From: an uncultured Bacilli bacterium
GTDB taxonomy: Bacteria > Bacillota_I > Bacilli_A > RFN20 > CAG-449
Assembly: GCA_947595215.1 (NCBI GenBank)
Contig: CANQEO010000005.1
Coordinates: 10,776 to 74,775, forward strand
Reading direction: 5' to 3'
Length of the DNA stretch: 64,000 nt
Shown in pieces: positions 28,450 to 37,860 of this stretch (position 1 is the stretch's first letter; the number at the start of each line of letters is the position of its first letter). A program made the translations under genes and the position numbers. The notes under the pieces were generated by a model. That model did no database searches. It was not told where the DNA came from and saw only the letters and a program-made list of their open reading frames with translations.

Positions 28450-29472
28450 CTATTTTGTGCCTGTTATAACATCCATCGAATTGGCAATAGCTACCATTTG
28501 ATTAACAGTTAAAGTTTCTGAATAAATATCGATGTTTACTCCATTATAGATATAGGTTAAGTTATATCCATTTACATATCCAACACCATATGTAAATTCT
28601 ACAATGCTTCCATTTACTTCACTTACAAGAAGATCCTGAGATTCAGAGACAATACTTTGAACTACTGTAAATGGATGATCACCTTCATATGTAAGAATAT
28701 AAACTGTCTTACCATTTACCGTCGCCTCAGTTTGTTCACGTAAACTTCCATAAACTTCTCCATTAGTAGGAATTAATGGCAAATCTTCTTCAGTGATGCT
28801 TCCTCCAGAAGGTGCCATGTTTTTTCTTGATTCTTCCATATTGGAACTGACATCAAAATAGGTGTCACTAAATGTTGGTTCTAAATCTACTTTGGAGAAA
28901 GTTACTTTGACAACAATCTCATTCTCGGCATTATAGATATTAACCCACACAGGTTTTAAATCCGAAGATAATTTAATATCTTGCTTTGCCCATTCTGGAT
29001 TATTTTCATATTTAGGTTGATTTGAGATTAAATATCCATCATCCATATTTTTTACTTCGTGATCGCCATTGAATACTTCAAGCATCGAATGGTATAAATA
29101 TGGTTTCGGACTATTTAATGGATAGTTACCCTTGAATTGGTATACCTGATTTAACATCGGTGTTAATACATATACCCCATTTTGATTTCTTAAAAGAATT
29201 TGTTCTTGATTAATATTCTTGTCAAGTAATGAAATTCTAAAATAATCTTGTTCATCCTTTTTTTGGTAATCAGTCGTCACAAAATAAGAACGTGTCTCCT
29301 CATCATCAAGAAGATCCATCGTCGCTTCCATATGATAAGCGACAAGATTTTGATTGATTTGATCTAGTTTGTCGCCGACATCAGATTTGTCAAAAAAGAG
29401 TTTCCATGCCGCCAACGCTACGATCGCTACAATTAATACACCTGCAATAATTTTCTTAACCATTAGAATCAC
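28450..29472 (-). CDS. Membrane-anchored extracytoplasmic protein of unknown function (possibly LolA-like/DUF4367 fold).
   Basis: A single N-terminal TM helix followed by a ~310-aa hydrophilic domain with no catalytic motif. Confidence 0.4.
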   Translation of the reverse strand: MILMVKKIIAGVLIVAIVALAAWKLFFDKSDVGDKLDQINQNLVAYHMEATMDLLDDEETRSYFVTTDYQKKDEQDYFRISLLDKNINQEQILLRNQNGVYVLTPMLNQVYQFKGNYPLNSPKPYLYHSMLEVFNGDHEVKNMDDGYLISNQPKYENNPEWAKQDIKLSSDLKPVWVNIYNAENEIVVKVTFSKVDLEPTFSDTYFDVSSNMEESRKNMAPSGGSITEEDLPLIPTNGEVYGSLREQTEATVNGKTVYILTYEGDHPFTVVQSIVSESQDLLVSEVNGSIVEFTYGVGYVNGYNLTYIYNGVNIDIYSETLTVNQMVAIANSMDVITGTK

Positions 29473-29558
29473 CTCACGCTAACTTATGAGATGACATCTT
29501 AAGATATGTGTGAATTATTTAAAAATTTTTTGCACATATTATTTCTAGGAGGTAAATC

Positions 29559-29768
29559 ATGCAATACTTACAAAAATCATGCTTAGTATTAACGATCGTT
29601 GGTGCCCTCAACTGGGGGTTAATCGGATTATTCGATTTTAACCTTGTAACATTTATTACCAATGGAACAAACATTTTTACTCGAATTATCTACTGCGTAA
29701 TCGCCATTGCGGCTATCGTTAATATCATGCTATTATTCATGCGTATTAACCAAATGAAGGAAGAATAA
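29559..29768 (+). CDS. DUF378 family small membrane protein.
   Basis: 69 aa with the conserved 'VGALNWGLIGLF' motif. Confidence 0.7.
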   Translation: MQYLQKSCLVLTIVGALNWGLIGLFDFNLVTFITNGTNIFTRIIYCVIAIAAIVNIMLLFMRINQMKEE

Positions 29769-29770
29769 TA

Positions 29771-29808
29771 AAAAAATCACCTGTTCGAAGTGGCAGGTGA
29801 TTTTTTTA
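29771..29808. terminator. Bidirectional rho-independent terminator.
   Basis: aatcacctg-N10-caggtgatt flanked by A-tracts and T-tracts, lying between convergent genes. Confidence 0.7.
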
Positions 29809-30414
29809 TTTTACACCTTTTTGATAAACAATCGTTACGACCTTTTCTAATTCAAACGGATTAATATATGGAACATCCGTGCTATTTTTCTCCAATTCCA
29901 ATATTTTCCTTTTTAAATCCTTACGATGGACAAGCATGGTTTCTTCACCTAAGGTTTTTTCATCAATCAAGCATCCGTTATTAACTACCAATATCGGTAT
30001 AATCATATCTGATGAAGAACCGATAAAAGCACTAAAATATTGAATTCTTGTTCTTTGAAAATTACATGGATTTTTGATATGAATAACATTTTTTCCATCG
30101 CGAGAGAATTCAAACCAACTCAAATCTTCTTTTTTTCCGGATATATATCCTTCAAAATACGCATCGACAATGCAATAAATATAACGATTAGAAAATAAGA
30201 TATGATTAAAGTGAATTTGAACTTTCGCATCAATATCTAATGAAATTTTATTTAATAAGTAAAAATCATTATCTTTTGCAATCTTAAGTAATTTTTTAGA
30301 AATATATTTATGATAATTCTTCTTTTCAAATTTCATATCAAAATATCGGTAACTTAATAAACAAACCGCTAGTAGTGTTATAATTAAAATTACGATAAGA
30401 GCAAATATAAGCAT
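29806..30414 (-). CDS. NERD (nuclease-related domain) protein with an N-terminal membrane anchor.
   Basis: An N-terminal TM helix, then 'DIDAKVQIHFNHILFSNRYIYCIVDAYFEG', which resembles the NERD core (…IDHIVIS…IyvIEvKn). Confidence 0.5.
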   Translation of the reverse strand: MLIFALIVILIITLLAVCLLSYRYFDMKFEKKNYHKYISKKLLKIAKDNDFYLLNKISLDIDAKVQIHFNHILFSNRYIYCIVDAYFEGYISGKKEDLSWFEFSRDGKNVIHIKNPCNFQRTRIQYFSAFIGSSSDMIIPILVVNNGCLIDEKTLGEETMLVHRKDLKRKILELEKNSTDVPYINPFELEKVVTIVYQKGVK

Positions 30415-30423
30415 ATTACAATT

Positions 30424-31125
30424 TTACGCGATTTCTAAGGCGACTTCCATCATATTTCTAAAACTATTTTGTCTTTCATCAGCGGTGGTTTCCTCTTTAG
30501 TTACGAATGAATCAGATACAGTTAAGATACAAAGAGCTTTCTTATTTAGTTTAGCCGCATTGCAATATAAAGCATATGATTCCATTTCAACACCTAAAAT
30601 ACCCATATCACGCCACTTCATCCAAATCTCAGGCATATCGTTATAGAAAATATCACTTGAAAGAATGTTTCCCACATGAACTGGGAAATTATTTTTACGG
30701 GCTACTTCATAAGCACGCCTTGTAAGATCAAAATCAGCAATAGCACTAAAAACTCCATTTAGTTGATATTGATGTGCCCAGGCCGAATTAGTAGAAGCAC
30801 CTGAAGCAATAATTAAATCGTACAATTTACATTGAGGAGCATAGGCACCACATGAACCGATTCTAATAATAGTTTCAACTCCATAGAAAGCAAATAATTC
30901 ATATGAGTAAATACCAATACTCGGCATTCCCATTCCCGAACCCATAACTGATACTCTTTTACCTTTATAAGTACCAGTATAAGCAAGCATATTTCTAACC
31001 CCATTAACTTGAACGACATCTTCCAAGAAATTCTCAGCAATATATTTTGCTCTTAATGGATCTCCTGGCATTAATACAGTTTCTGCAAAATCTCCTTTTT
31101 TTGCGTTATTGTGTGGTGTTGACAT
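30424..31125 (-). CDS. deoD: Purine nucleoside phosphorylase, DeoD-type.
   Basis: 233 aa, 'GDPLRAKYIAENFLE…SVMGSGMGMPS' signature. Confidence 0.9.
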   Translation of the reverse strand: MSTPHNNAKKGDFAETVLMPGDPLRAKYIAENFLEDVVQVNGVRNMLAYTGTYKGKRVSVMGSGMGMPSIGIYSYELFAFYGVETIIRIGSCGAYAPQCKLYDLIIASGASTNSAWAHQYQLNGVFSAIADFDLTRRAYEVARKNNFPVHVGNILSSDIFYNDMPEIWMKWRDMGILGVEMESYALYCNAAKLNKKALCILTVSDSFVTKEETTADERQNSFRNMMEVALEIA

Positions 31126-31136
31126 TTTCTAACCTC

Positions 31137-31604
31137 CTATTCAACATCGACTACCATAGTCGAAGACAAAATATCATGAAAAGCTGCATGATCATTTTGT
31201 AAACATAGACTAAATCCAGAAGCAAAAACAGAAAGTCCTAAGGTAGTAAAATCTACTAGAATCTTTCCGATTACTTCACGGATAAATAAAGAACTAAAAT
31301 CTACATTTGAGCCATCATTTTTCACAATTCTAATTTTAAAGAATTTTTTTCCAAATGTTTGACCTTTTGTCAAAACAGGAAATACCAAAAAATATAGCGA
31401 AATAAATATGAAGCCTAATCCTCCAGTTAATAACGCATAGATAGTAAGTGAAAGAATTTTTTCATCAGTAGGCTCTTTAGCAACTCCAAAAGCCATCCAT
31501 ATAACATTAAATGACATTAAACTGATGATAATAAAGACTATTGCCCAATCAAAAATAAAGGCCATGATACGATGGCGAGGGCGCGCTCTTTTCATATTTA
31601 TCAC
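31137..31604 (-). CDS. RDD family membrane protein.
   Basis: Hydrophobic N-terminus with an R-D-D-like arrangement and typical size. Confidence 0.6.
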   Translation of the reverse strand: MINMKRARPRHRIMAFIFDWAIVFIIISLMSFNVIWMAFGVAKEPTDEKILSLTIYALLTGGLGFIFISLYFLVFPVLTKGQTFGKKFFKIRIVKNDGSNVDFSSLFIREVIGKILVDFTTLGLSVFASGFSLCLQNDHAAFHDILSSTMVVDVE

Positions 31605-31649
31605 CTCATCACTATTTTATCATAGCCATTTAATATTAGAAAGATTTAA

Positions 31650-32756
31650 TTATTTTAACTTTGAGTTTAAATTTTTTAACAAACATTCCTCAAAATTAGA
31701 TGTAATATTTTCATTTCTTCTAATTCTTTTAATTCCGATATTCAGCATTTCTTCTAAAACTTCTGAAAACTCTATCTCTTGATCTTCAAATAGATAATAT
31801 GCCAATGATCCAGGAATCGTATTAATCTCATTAAGATACACTTTCCGATTTTTTTGATCATATAAAAAGTCAAATCTCACAACTCCGGAGCATGAAAGCA
31901 TTTTAAATACTTTTATTGAAATCGTCTTAATTTGTTCAGCTATTGACTCATCTACATCACTTGGTATTATCCTAGTAAAAGATTTATCTGTCTTCTCATA
32001 CTTATCGGCAAAACTAAGAACTTCGTCATTATTATTAACTGTTTCAAGAGAAGATAACCTTACTCGCTCAAAATCACCTAATATTGCAATATTAACTTCT
32101 TTCAGATTATCTATTGCTTCTTCAATAACCACCTCATCATCATAATAAAACGCTACTTCAATAGCTTCTTTTGCCTCTTTTACTTCTTTGACTTTACTTA
32201 CTCCAATCGAACTACCTAAGTGGCAAGGTTTCACAATTAATGGAAAATGCAATTGTTTTAAAAATGTTTCCAAATTAAAATCAATAGTTTGATACGTCGA
32301 AACATTTAAACTTTTGAACTTCGTTTGCGGTATTTTAAATGTCGATAAAACTCTTTTGCATAGTGCCTTATCTTGTAATAATGAGGCATTATAAATTCCA
32401 GAATAAATACAAGGAATTTTTAATGTGTCAAAATAAGCACCAACAGTTCCATCTTCAATACCTTTGCCATGCCCTAAAATTAATGCATAGTCAAAATAAT
32501 ATTTTTTCATTCCAACTTTAAAATATGAACTGCCATTTTGATGTTTAAATTCGCCTTTTTTGAAATCCTTTAATTTTTCATAATTATCTTTATCTAAAAG
32601 GGCCTTACCTGTAAAAAAGTTTCCATCATGGTCAAGATAGACTAAAATGTATTTCCACCCATTATTGTCAAATTCGTGGGCAGTTTTTAGTGCTGTAAGC
32701 ACTGAAACATCGCTTTCTAGAGAATTTCCTCCATAAATGATTGCGATTTTTTTCAT
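31650..32756 (-). CDS. ddl: D-alanine--D-alanine ligase.
   Basis: 'MKKIAIIYGGNSLESDVSVLTA' N-terminal domain and ATP-grasp core. Confidence 0.85.
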   Translation of the reverse strand: MKKIAIIYGGNSLESDVSVLTALKTAHEFDNNGWKYILVYLDHDGNFFTGKALLDKDNYEKLKDFKKGEFKHQNGSSYFKVGMKKYYFDYALILGHGKGIEDGTVGAYFDTLKIPCIYSGIYNASLLQDKALCKRVLSTFKIPQTKFKSLNVSTYQTIDFNLETFLKQLHFPLIVKPCHLGSSIGVSKVKEVKEAKEAIEVAFYYDDEVVIEEAIDNLKEVNIAILGDFERVRLSSLETVNNNDEVLSFADKYEKTDKSFTRIIPSDVDESIAEQIKTISIKVFKMLSCSGVVRFDFLYDQKNRKVYLNEINTIPGSLAYYLFEDQEIEFSEVLEEMLNIGIKRIRRNENITSNFEECLLKNLNSKLK

Positions 32757-32765
32757 TGTTCCTCC

Positions 32766-33371
32766 TTAATCGAAGATAGTTGTTTTCTCCTTTAAGGCCT
32801 TTAGAATTCGGTTAAATGAACTTTTAGGCATTTTATTAGACATTGTCGGTAGTTCATCTAATGAAAAAAAATTCACATCTGTAGTTTCGTGAGTGTGATG
32901 ACCGGTTGAAGAAACTATCCTTCCTTCAAACCATATGGAATATTCCGACAAATCATTCGTCTTTTTATTACGTTCGCAATCAATTATTCCTACTAAACGA
33001 TTTATTTCGACAATATAGCCACTTTCTTGCAACACTTCTTTTTTAGCGGCTTCTGATGGCGAATCATAAATATCACACCAGCCACCTGGGACAGAATATG
33101 TGCCACAACTTGCTTCTTTTACTAGCAACAATTTACCATCATCATTTAAAACTAAAGTTCTAACACTTACATTTGGAGTAGGATAAATATTTTTTGTAAA
33201 ATAAGATGGTCTATTAAAATCGACTTTATCAAATTTTTCAATCATGTCCATTGATAACGCTCTTATTTCTTCATAGTTTTCTAAGGCATATGGATCTTTT
33301 GAATATTTTAAACCTATTTTGGCAATTGAATTAATCTTTATTAAAAATTCATGAAAATCTAATTTTGTCAT
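32766..33371 (-). CDS. NUDIX hydrolase.
   Basis: Nudix box 'GGWCDIYDSPSEAAKKEVLQESGY' (Gx5Ex7REuxEExGu pattern). Confidence 0.8.
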   Translation of the reverse strand: MTKLDFHEFLIKINSIAKIGLKYSKDPYALENYEEIRALSMDMIEKFDKVDFNRPSYFTKNIYPTPNVSVRTLVLNDDGKLLLVKEASCGTYSVPGGWCDIYDSPSEAAKKEVLQESGYIVEINRLVGIIDCERNKKTNDLSEYSIWFEGRIVSSTGHHTHETTDVNFFSLDELPTMSNKMPKSSFNRILKALKEKTTIFD

Positions 33372-33786
33372 AACTATTTCCTTGTATATAAAATTACTTA
33401 TAAAAATTGAATAATTTTATAATCTTTCCTTTCTTTTAGAAACAACTGGCCAATTGTTATAATGAAACCGTGGTTGTGGATTATCCGATTTCATTTTAAA
33501 ATCTCACTCAGAAAAACTAAAACGATAAGGTTAATTGTTTTCATCTCTCTTCCAAAAATGATTACAATCCCTACCATCAACCATTATATCATCTAGTTGT
33601 TCTAAAATAATTCCTTTATCAAATTTTTTGTCAATAAAGAGAACGCTTTTCCTTCTGTTAGCATTTTCTTTAAATATCGCATAGATTTTTTAATTGTCCT
33701 ATATCAATTATTTTTTTGGGACTATCTAATTTTTATAAAGTTTTTTATTTTTCTCTTTTTAATAATTAGTCTAAAAGATATTATAA

Positions 33787-35292
33787 CTATCTAAGATAAA
33801 AATCACTGCCCTTAGCACTTATTAAGATATTTCTATCATCTTCATCTAAAGAATCTAAAGCTTCTTTTAGATCTTTTTTTATAAATAGGCAATTAGTTTC
33901 ACAATTTTCTAGATATCCATTTTTTAACGGATGATTTTCATCTTGTGTTAACAAAAATACTTTATCGATTTTTACTAGAGATTTACCTAATTGATAATTG
34001 TATTTATCATAATTCGTACCAATTTCAATTAGACCTCCTGTTATAACTACTTTTTTTCCCTTTGTAAGGTTTAAAACTTTAATTGAATCTAACGCGCCTT
34101 CAAGATTTGCATTATATGAATCATCAATAACAATTTTATTATCTTTATGATAGATTTTCTGTCTTCTATCTACTGGTTCAATGCGTGATAAACCTCTTTT
34201 TATTTCCCTATCAGATAATCCTAAATGTTTAGATAATTTTATCGCTCCACTTAAATTTAATAACTGTTTTTCGCTCACGAGATTAACCTTAACCAATTCA
34301 TCAGTAATTATCAATTCACAATGTAAATCTGGTTTAATTTCAAATTTTAAATCGTTTAAATGATAAAATTCACAGTTTTTATTCCAGCTTGATTTAAAAA
34401 GCATATCATTATCAGCATTAATAAATAAAGTAGCGTCTTCTTTCATCAACATTTGGATTTTAGATTTTGCTTTCAATACATTTTCAATTGTTTTAAATGT
34501 AGCTAAATGCATCGGTCCGATTGCAGTAATGACCCCATAATCTAACTTTAAAAGTCTTTTTAATTTTTTCATTCCGTTTTTTTCATCGATTCCTATTTCA
34601 ACCACGATTAAATCGTCAGTTTCATCAACTTTCTCATTAATAAATCTCGTTAATCCCATCAAAGTGTTAATACTTCCTTTAGGTCTAGTAATCTTATATT
34701 TTTCCTTCAATAATGTTATTAAAAATTGTTTAAAAGATGTTTTTCCATAGCTTCCTGTTATGCCGATAATTTTCACATTTTCCATTCTTTTTAATTTAGA
34801 TTTAGCCTTAAAAATATAATATCCTCTAATAAGACTCTCTAACGGAAAAAGAATTATATTTGATATGCATATAGTTAGAAAAACTATGATTTTTGAAAAA
34901 ACAATTATGGAAAATATTATCCAATAGTTATTGATTAAAACTAAACTAATTCCTATGAGAACAAGCGATATTAAATATAGAAAAATAGATCTTCGCGTCT
35001 TTGGAATTGTTATCTTTTTTCTGAAAACAAAAAATAATGTATAAGCGATAATTATTGCTAGACATCCAAAGCCGGAAATTGTCAAATAATCGAAAACTAC
35101 ACACATCTCAATGAGTCCCATTAGAATTAAAATATAGTGGCTATTCCTTTTAAATTTAACAAAACTCAATTTAGCATAACGTTTTAGAGAATAATATTGT
35201 TCGACGAAATATGTCTTTTCTTCTAATAAGAGAAATGAAAACAATAAAAATGAAAGTATCTTAATAACCACTATCATCATGAATCTCCTCAA
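33787..35292 (-). CDS. murF?: Mur-ligase family protein (MurF-like central and C-terminal domains) with an N-terminal ~170-aa polytopic membrane domain.
   Basis: P-loop 'GITGSYGKTS' at ~residue 177 and the Mur-ligase C-terminal domain 'DDSYNANLEGAL'. The first ~170 aa form about five TM helices in place of the usual soluble MurF domain 1. Confidence 0.6.
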   Translation of the reverse strand: MRRFMMIVVIKILSFLLFSFLLLEEKTYFVEQYYSLKRYAKLSFVKFKRNSHYILILMGLIEMCVVFDYLTISGFGCLAIIIAYTLFFVFRKKITIPKTRRSIFLYLISLVLIGISLVLINNYWIIFSIIVFSKIIVFLTICISNIILFPLESLIRGYYIFKAKSKLKRMENVKIIGITGSYGKTSFKQFLITLLKEKYKITRPKGSINTLMGLTRFINEKVDETDDLIVVEIGIDEKNGMKKLKRLLKLDYGVITAIGPMHLATFKTIENVLKAKSKIQMLMKEDATLFINADNDMLFKSSWNKNCEFYHLNDLKFEIKPDLHCELIITDELVKVNLVSEKQLLNLSGAIKLSKHLGLSDREIKRGLSRIEPVDRRQKIYHKDNKIVIDDSYNANLEGALDSIKVLNLTKGKKVVITGGLIEIGTNYDKYNYQLGKSLVKIDKVFLLTQDENHPLKNGYLENCETNCLFIKKDLKEALDSLDEDDRNILISAKGSDFYLR

Positions 35293-35965
35293 GTATAATC
35301 TTGTTAATCTTTTTTATATGAGAACGATATGAAAGATGATCACCCTCAAATACATACAACTTAGAATTAAAAAGATTATTATTAATTTTTTTCATAGTCT
35401 TTAAACTGATAGCAGTATCTTTTTTAAATCCGAGAAGAACTACTGGTATTTTAAAATTATTTAAATCCTTTTTAGTCAAATATGAATTTACGATATTTAT
35501 AAAGGTTTCTTTTAAGACGCCTTCAGCATTCTGATAATCTTTACTTCCTTTAAAAAAACTTTTTAAAGGTAAATGTAGTTTTTTGCAGATTTTATATGCT
35601 AATATTTTTATCTTTATCTTTATTGATCTATTTTGTATGATACTTGGAGAAAGAAGGCAAAGTCCTCCAACTGGATATTTTTGAGCGTAAAATCCAAGAA
35701 CCTTTCCACCAAAAGAGTGTCCTACTCCAATAAATGAATTGATGTTTTCATTAATTATAATTTGGTGAAGTTCCTTTACATAATCATCTATCGTATAAGT
35801 CTTATTAATCACACTCTTGCCAAAACCCGGCAAATCCACAACAATCCAATTTGTTTTTTTATTACATTTTGCAAGAGGAATCATCCAAGATGAATCTAGT
35901 CCCCATCCATGAAGATAAACTATCCATTCTTTACGCGAATCAGCTTTATATTTGATGTAGTGCAT
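35261..35965 (-). CDS. Alpha/beta hydrolase.
   Basis: 'WIVYLHGWG…GHSFGG' nucleophile-elbow motif. The start is taken at 'MHYIKYK' (35965); the longer ORF would overlap the gene upstream. Confidence 0.75.
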   Translation of the reverse strand: MHYIKYKADSRKEWIVYLHGWGLDSSWMIPLAKCNKKTNWIVVDLPGFGKSVINKTYTIDDYVKELHQIIINENINSFIGVGHSFGGKVLGFYAQKYPVGGLCLLSPSIIQNRSIKIKIKILAYKICKKLHLPLKSFFKGSKDYQNAEGVLKETFINIVNSYLTKKDLNNFKIPVVLLGFKKDTAISLKTMKKINNNLFNSKLYVFEGDHLSYRSHIKKINKIILEEIHDDSGY

Positions 35966-36057
35966 TTTATACCTCGCTACATATATATGCCTAAATTTAT
36001 TTTTCTGATTACAATGCAAAAAAATTTGCTATAATTACATAAAAGAGGTGGTGCACC

Positions 36058-36495
36058 ATGGATTATATCTTTTTCATTATTCTTGTTGTTGCAATCATCA
36101 TCGGCATTCTTTTAACTATTTTATCGGGCGTTATTCGTGTAAAAAAGAATGATGTTGCTATCATTGAAAAAATGCATGAATTCGACACCATATTATGCGA
36201 AGGGATTCATTTTATAACACCTATTTTATCTCATCGTGTTAAAACTTATCACATTGAACATACTAAAATTAAAGGTCAATTTGGTAATTATAAAATTTCG
36301 ATTATATTTAAAATTGAAGATTATAAAAAATACTACTATTCAAATGAAATTTTCGAAAACAACATCAGTTTAAAACTCAAATCCATTAAAACCATTAGCA
36401 AAGATGCGATAGAAAAGACAATTTACGATTACGCATCTGAAATTGGTATATTGGTAGAGAAACTAGAATTAATCGATATCCAAGTCATAGATTAA
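36058..36495 (+). CDS. Short SPFH/band-7-like membrane protein (N-terminal SPFH segment only).
   Basis: A TM helix, then 'VIRVKKNDVAIIEKMHEFDTILCEGIHFITPI', which matches the SPFH domain start. Only 145 aa. Confidence 0.45.
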   Translation: MDYIFFIILVVAIIIGILLTILSGVIRVKKNDVAIIEKMHEFDTILCEGIHFITPILSHRVKTYHIEHTKIKGQFGNYKISIIFKIEDYKKYYYSNEIFENNISLKLKSIKTISKDAIEKTIYDYASEIGILVEKLELIDIQVID

Positions 36496-37797
36496 ATTTT
36501 TAATAGCGGTACTTAAGTCATTTATTTTATTTTCTTTTTCACATTCAATTAGAACTCTTATCAGTGATTCAGTTCCTGATGGTCTTATAACTATACGGCC
36601 ATCAGATTTTAATTCTTTCTCACACGAAGTAATAAAATCAATTAATCTCTGACTACCGATTATTTTATTTTTATCTGCCACTTTGATATTGATGCTTATT
36701 GATGGATATGGTTTATATTCTCGATATAGTTTTTGATAATCTTTTCGTTTTGAAATTAAAGCCAATAATTTAATCATTACCAATAATGCATCGCCCGTAT
36801 TGGCGATATCGCCAAAAATAATATGCCCTGATTTTTCTCCTCCTAACGAAGCATTTAAACGTGCCATTTTCAATTGCACATTGTGATCACCTACATCAAC
36901 CACATCAGTTTCAATTCCTTTTTCTTTTAATGTTTTTATTAAAGCGACATTTGTCATCGTGGTCACGACAATTCTATCATCTTTAAGTTTTTCATCTTCT
37001 TTTAAATCTATCGCGAATAAAAGTAAAAGCATATCACCATCTAATATATTTCCGGCATTATCACAAGCAATAATACGATCACCATCTCCATCAAGAGCAA
37101 CTCCTAAATCATAGTTTTTATTTAATACCCGCTCACGCAGAAGTTCATAATTAAGAACACCGCTTTTTTGATTAATATTAGTACCACTTGGTTGATTATT
37201 TACGATTGCATAATCTACCATACCTATTTTATCTAATAACGTCTTAATCAATTTGAAATTGGCACCATTTGCAACATCCACTAATACTTTGATGTTATGG
37301 TCAATTACCTTACCATTCTTATTAATAAAATCAATATAGTCATCGGTTAAATGCTCACTTTTATAGAGCTTACCGATATGTTCAGAAGCTGCTAAAGGAA
37401 GATAATCTTCACTTGCATCGATATAGTTTTCTATTTCCCATTTTAAATCCTCTTTTATTTTTTCTCCATTACGATCGAAAATTTTTATTCCATTATCCTC
37501 ATAAAAATTATGCGATGCAGTTATCATCACTCCATAGTCAAAATTAAGTTTGTTTGTTAAAAATGAAACGGCTGGTGTTGGAGCAATTCCAAGATCATAA
37601 ACATCAGATCCAGATCCTAAAGCACCTGAACAAAATGATGCATAAAGTAAATCAGAAGATATTCTTGTATCACGTGCGATTAATATTTTTAATTTACCAC
37701 GTGCTCCTAAATATCTGCCTAATCTAAAAACGATACGTGATGTAAGATTATTATTTACCTTACCACGTATTCCATCAGTACCAAAATATTTACCCAT
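36469..37797 (-). CDS. glmM: Phosphoglucosamine mutase.
   Basis: 'MGKYFGTDGIRG' start and the active-site phospho-Ser loop 'TASHN'. Confidence 0.9.
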   Translation of the reverse strand: MGKYFGTDGIRGKVNNNLTSRIVFRLGRYLGARGKLKILIARDTRISSDLLYASFCSGALGSGSDVYDLGIAPTPAVSFLTNKLNFDYGVMITASHNFYEDNGIKIFDRNGEKIKEDLKWEIENYIDASEDYLPLAASEHIGKLYKSEHLTDDYIDFINKNGKVIDHNIKVLVDVANGANFKLIKTLLDKIGMVDYAIVNNQPSGTNINQKSGVLNYELLRERVLNKNYDLGVALDGDGDRIIACDNAGNILDGDMLLLLFAIDLKEDEKLKDDRIVVTTMTNVALIKTLKEKGIETDVVDVGDHNVQLKMARLNASLGGEKSGHIIFGDIANTGDALLVMIKLLALISKRKDYQKLYREYKPYPSISINIKVADKNKIIGSQRLIDFITSCEKELKSDGRIVIRPSGTESLIRVLIECEKENKINDLSTAIKNLIYDLDID

Positions 37798-37845
37798 TCT
37801 ATCACCATTTAAAGATATGCTTAAGTAATTATAGATATTAAAAAA

Positions 37846-37860
37846 AGCCGCTTAGCGGCT
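37846..37860 (-). terminator. Intrinsic terminator hairpin overlapping the cdaA stop codon.
   Basis: Minus-strand read: gAGCCGC-uaa-GCGGCU followed by U7. The stop codon TAA of cdaA forms the loop. Confidence 0.55.
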
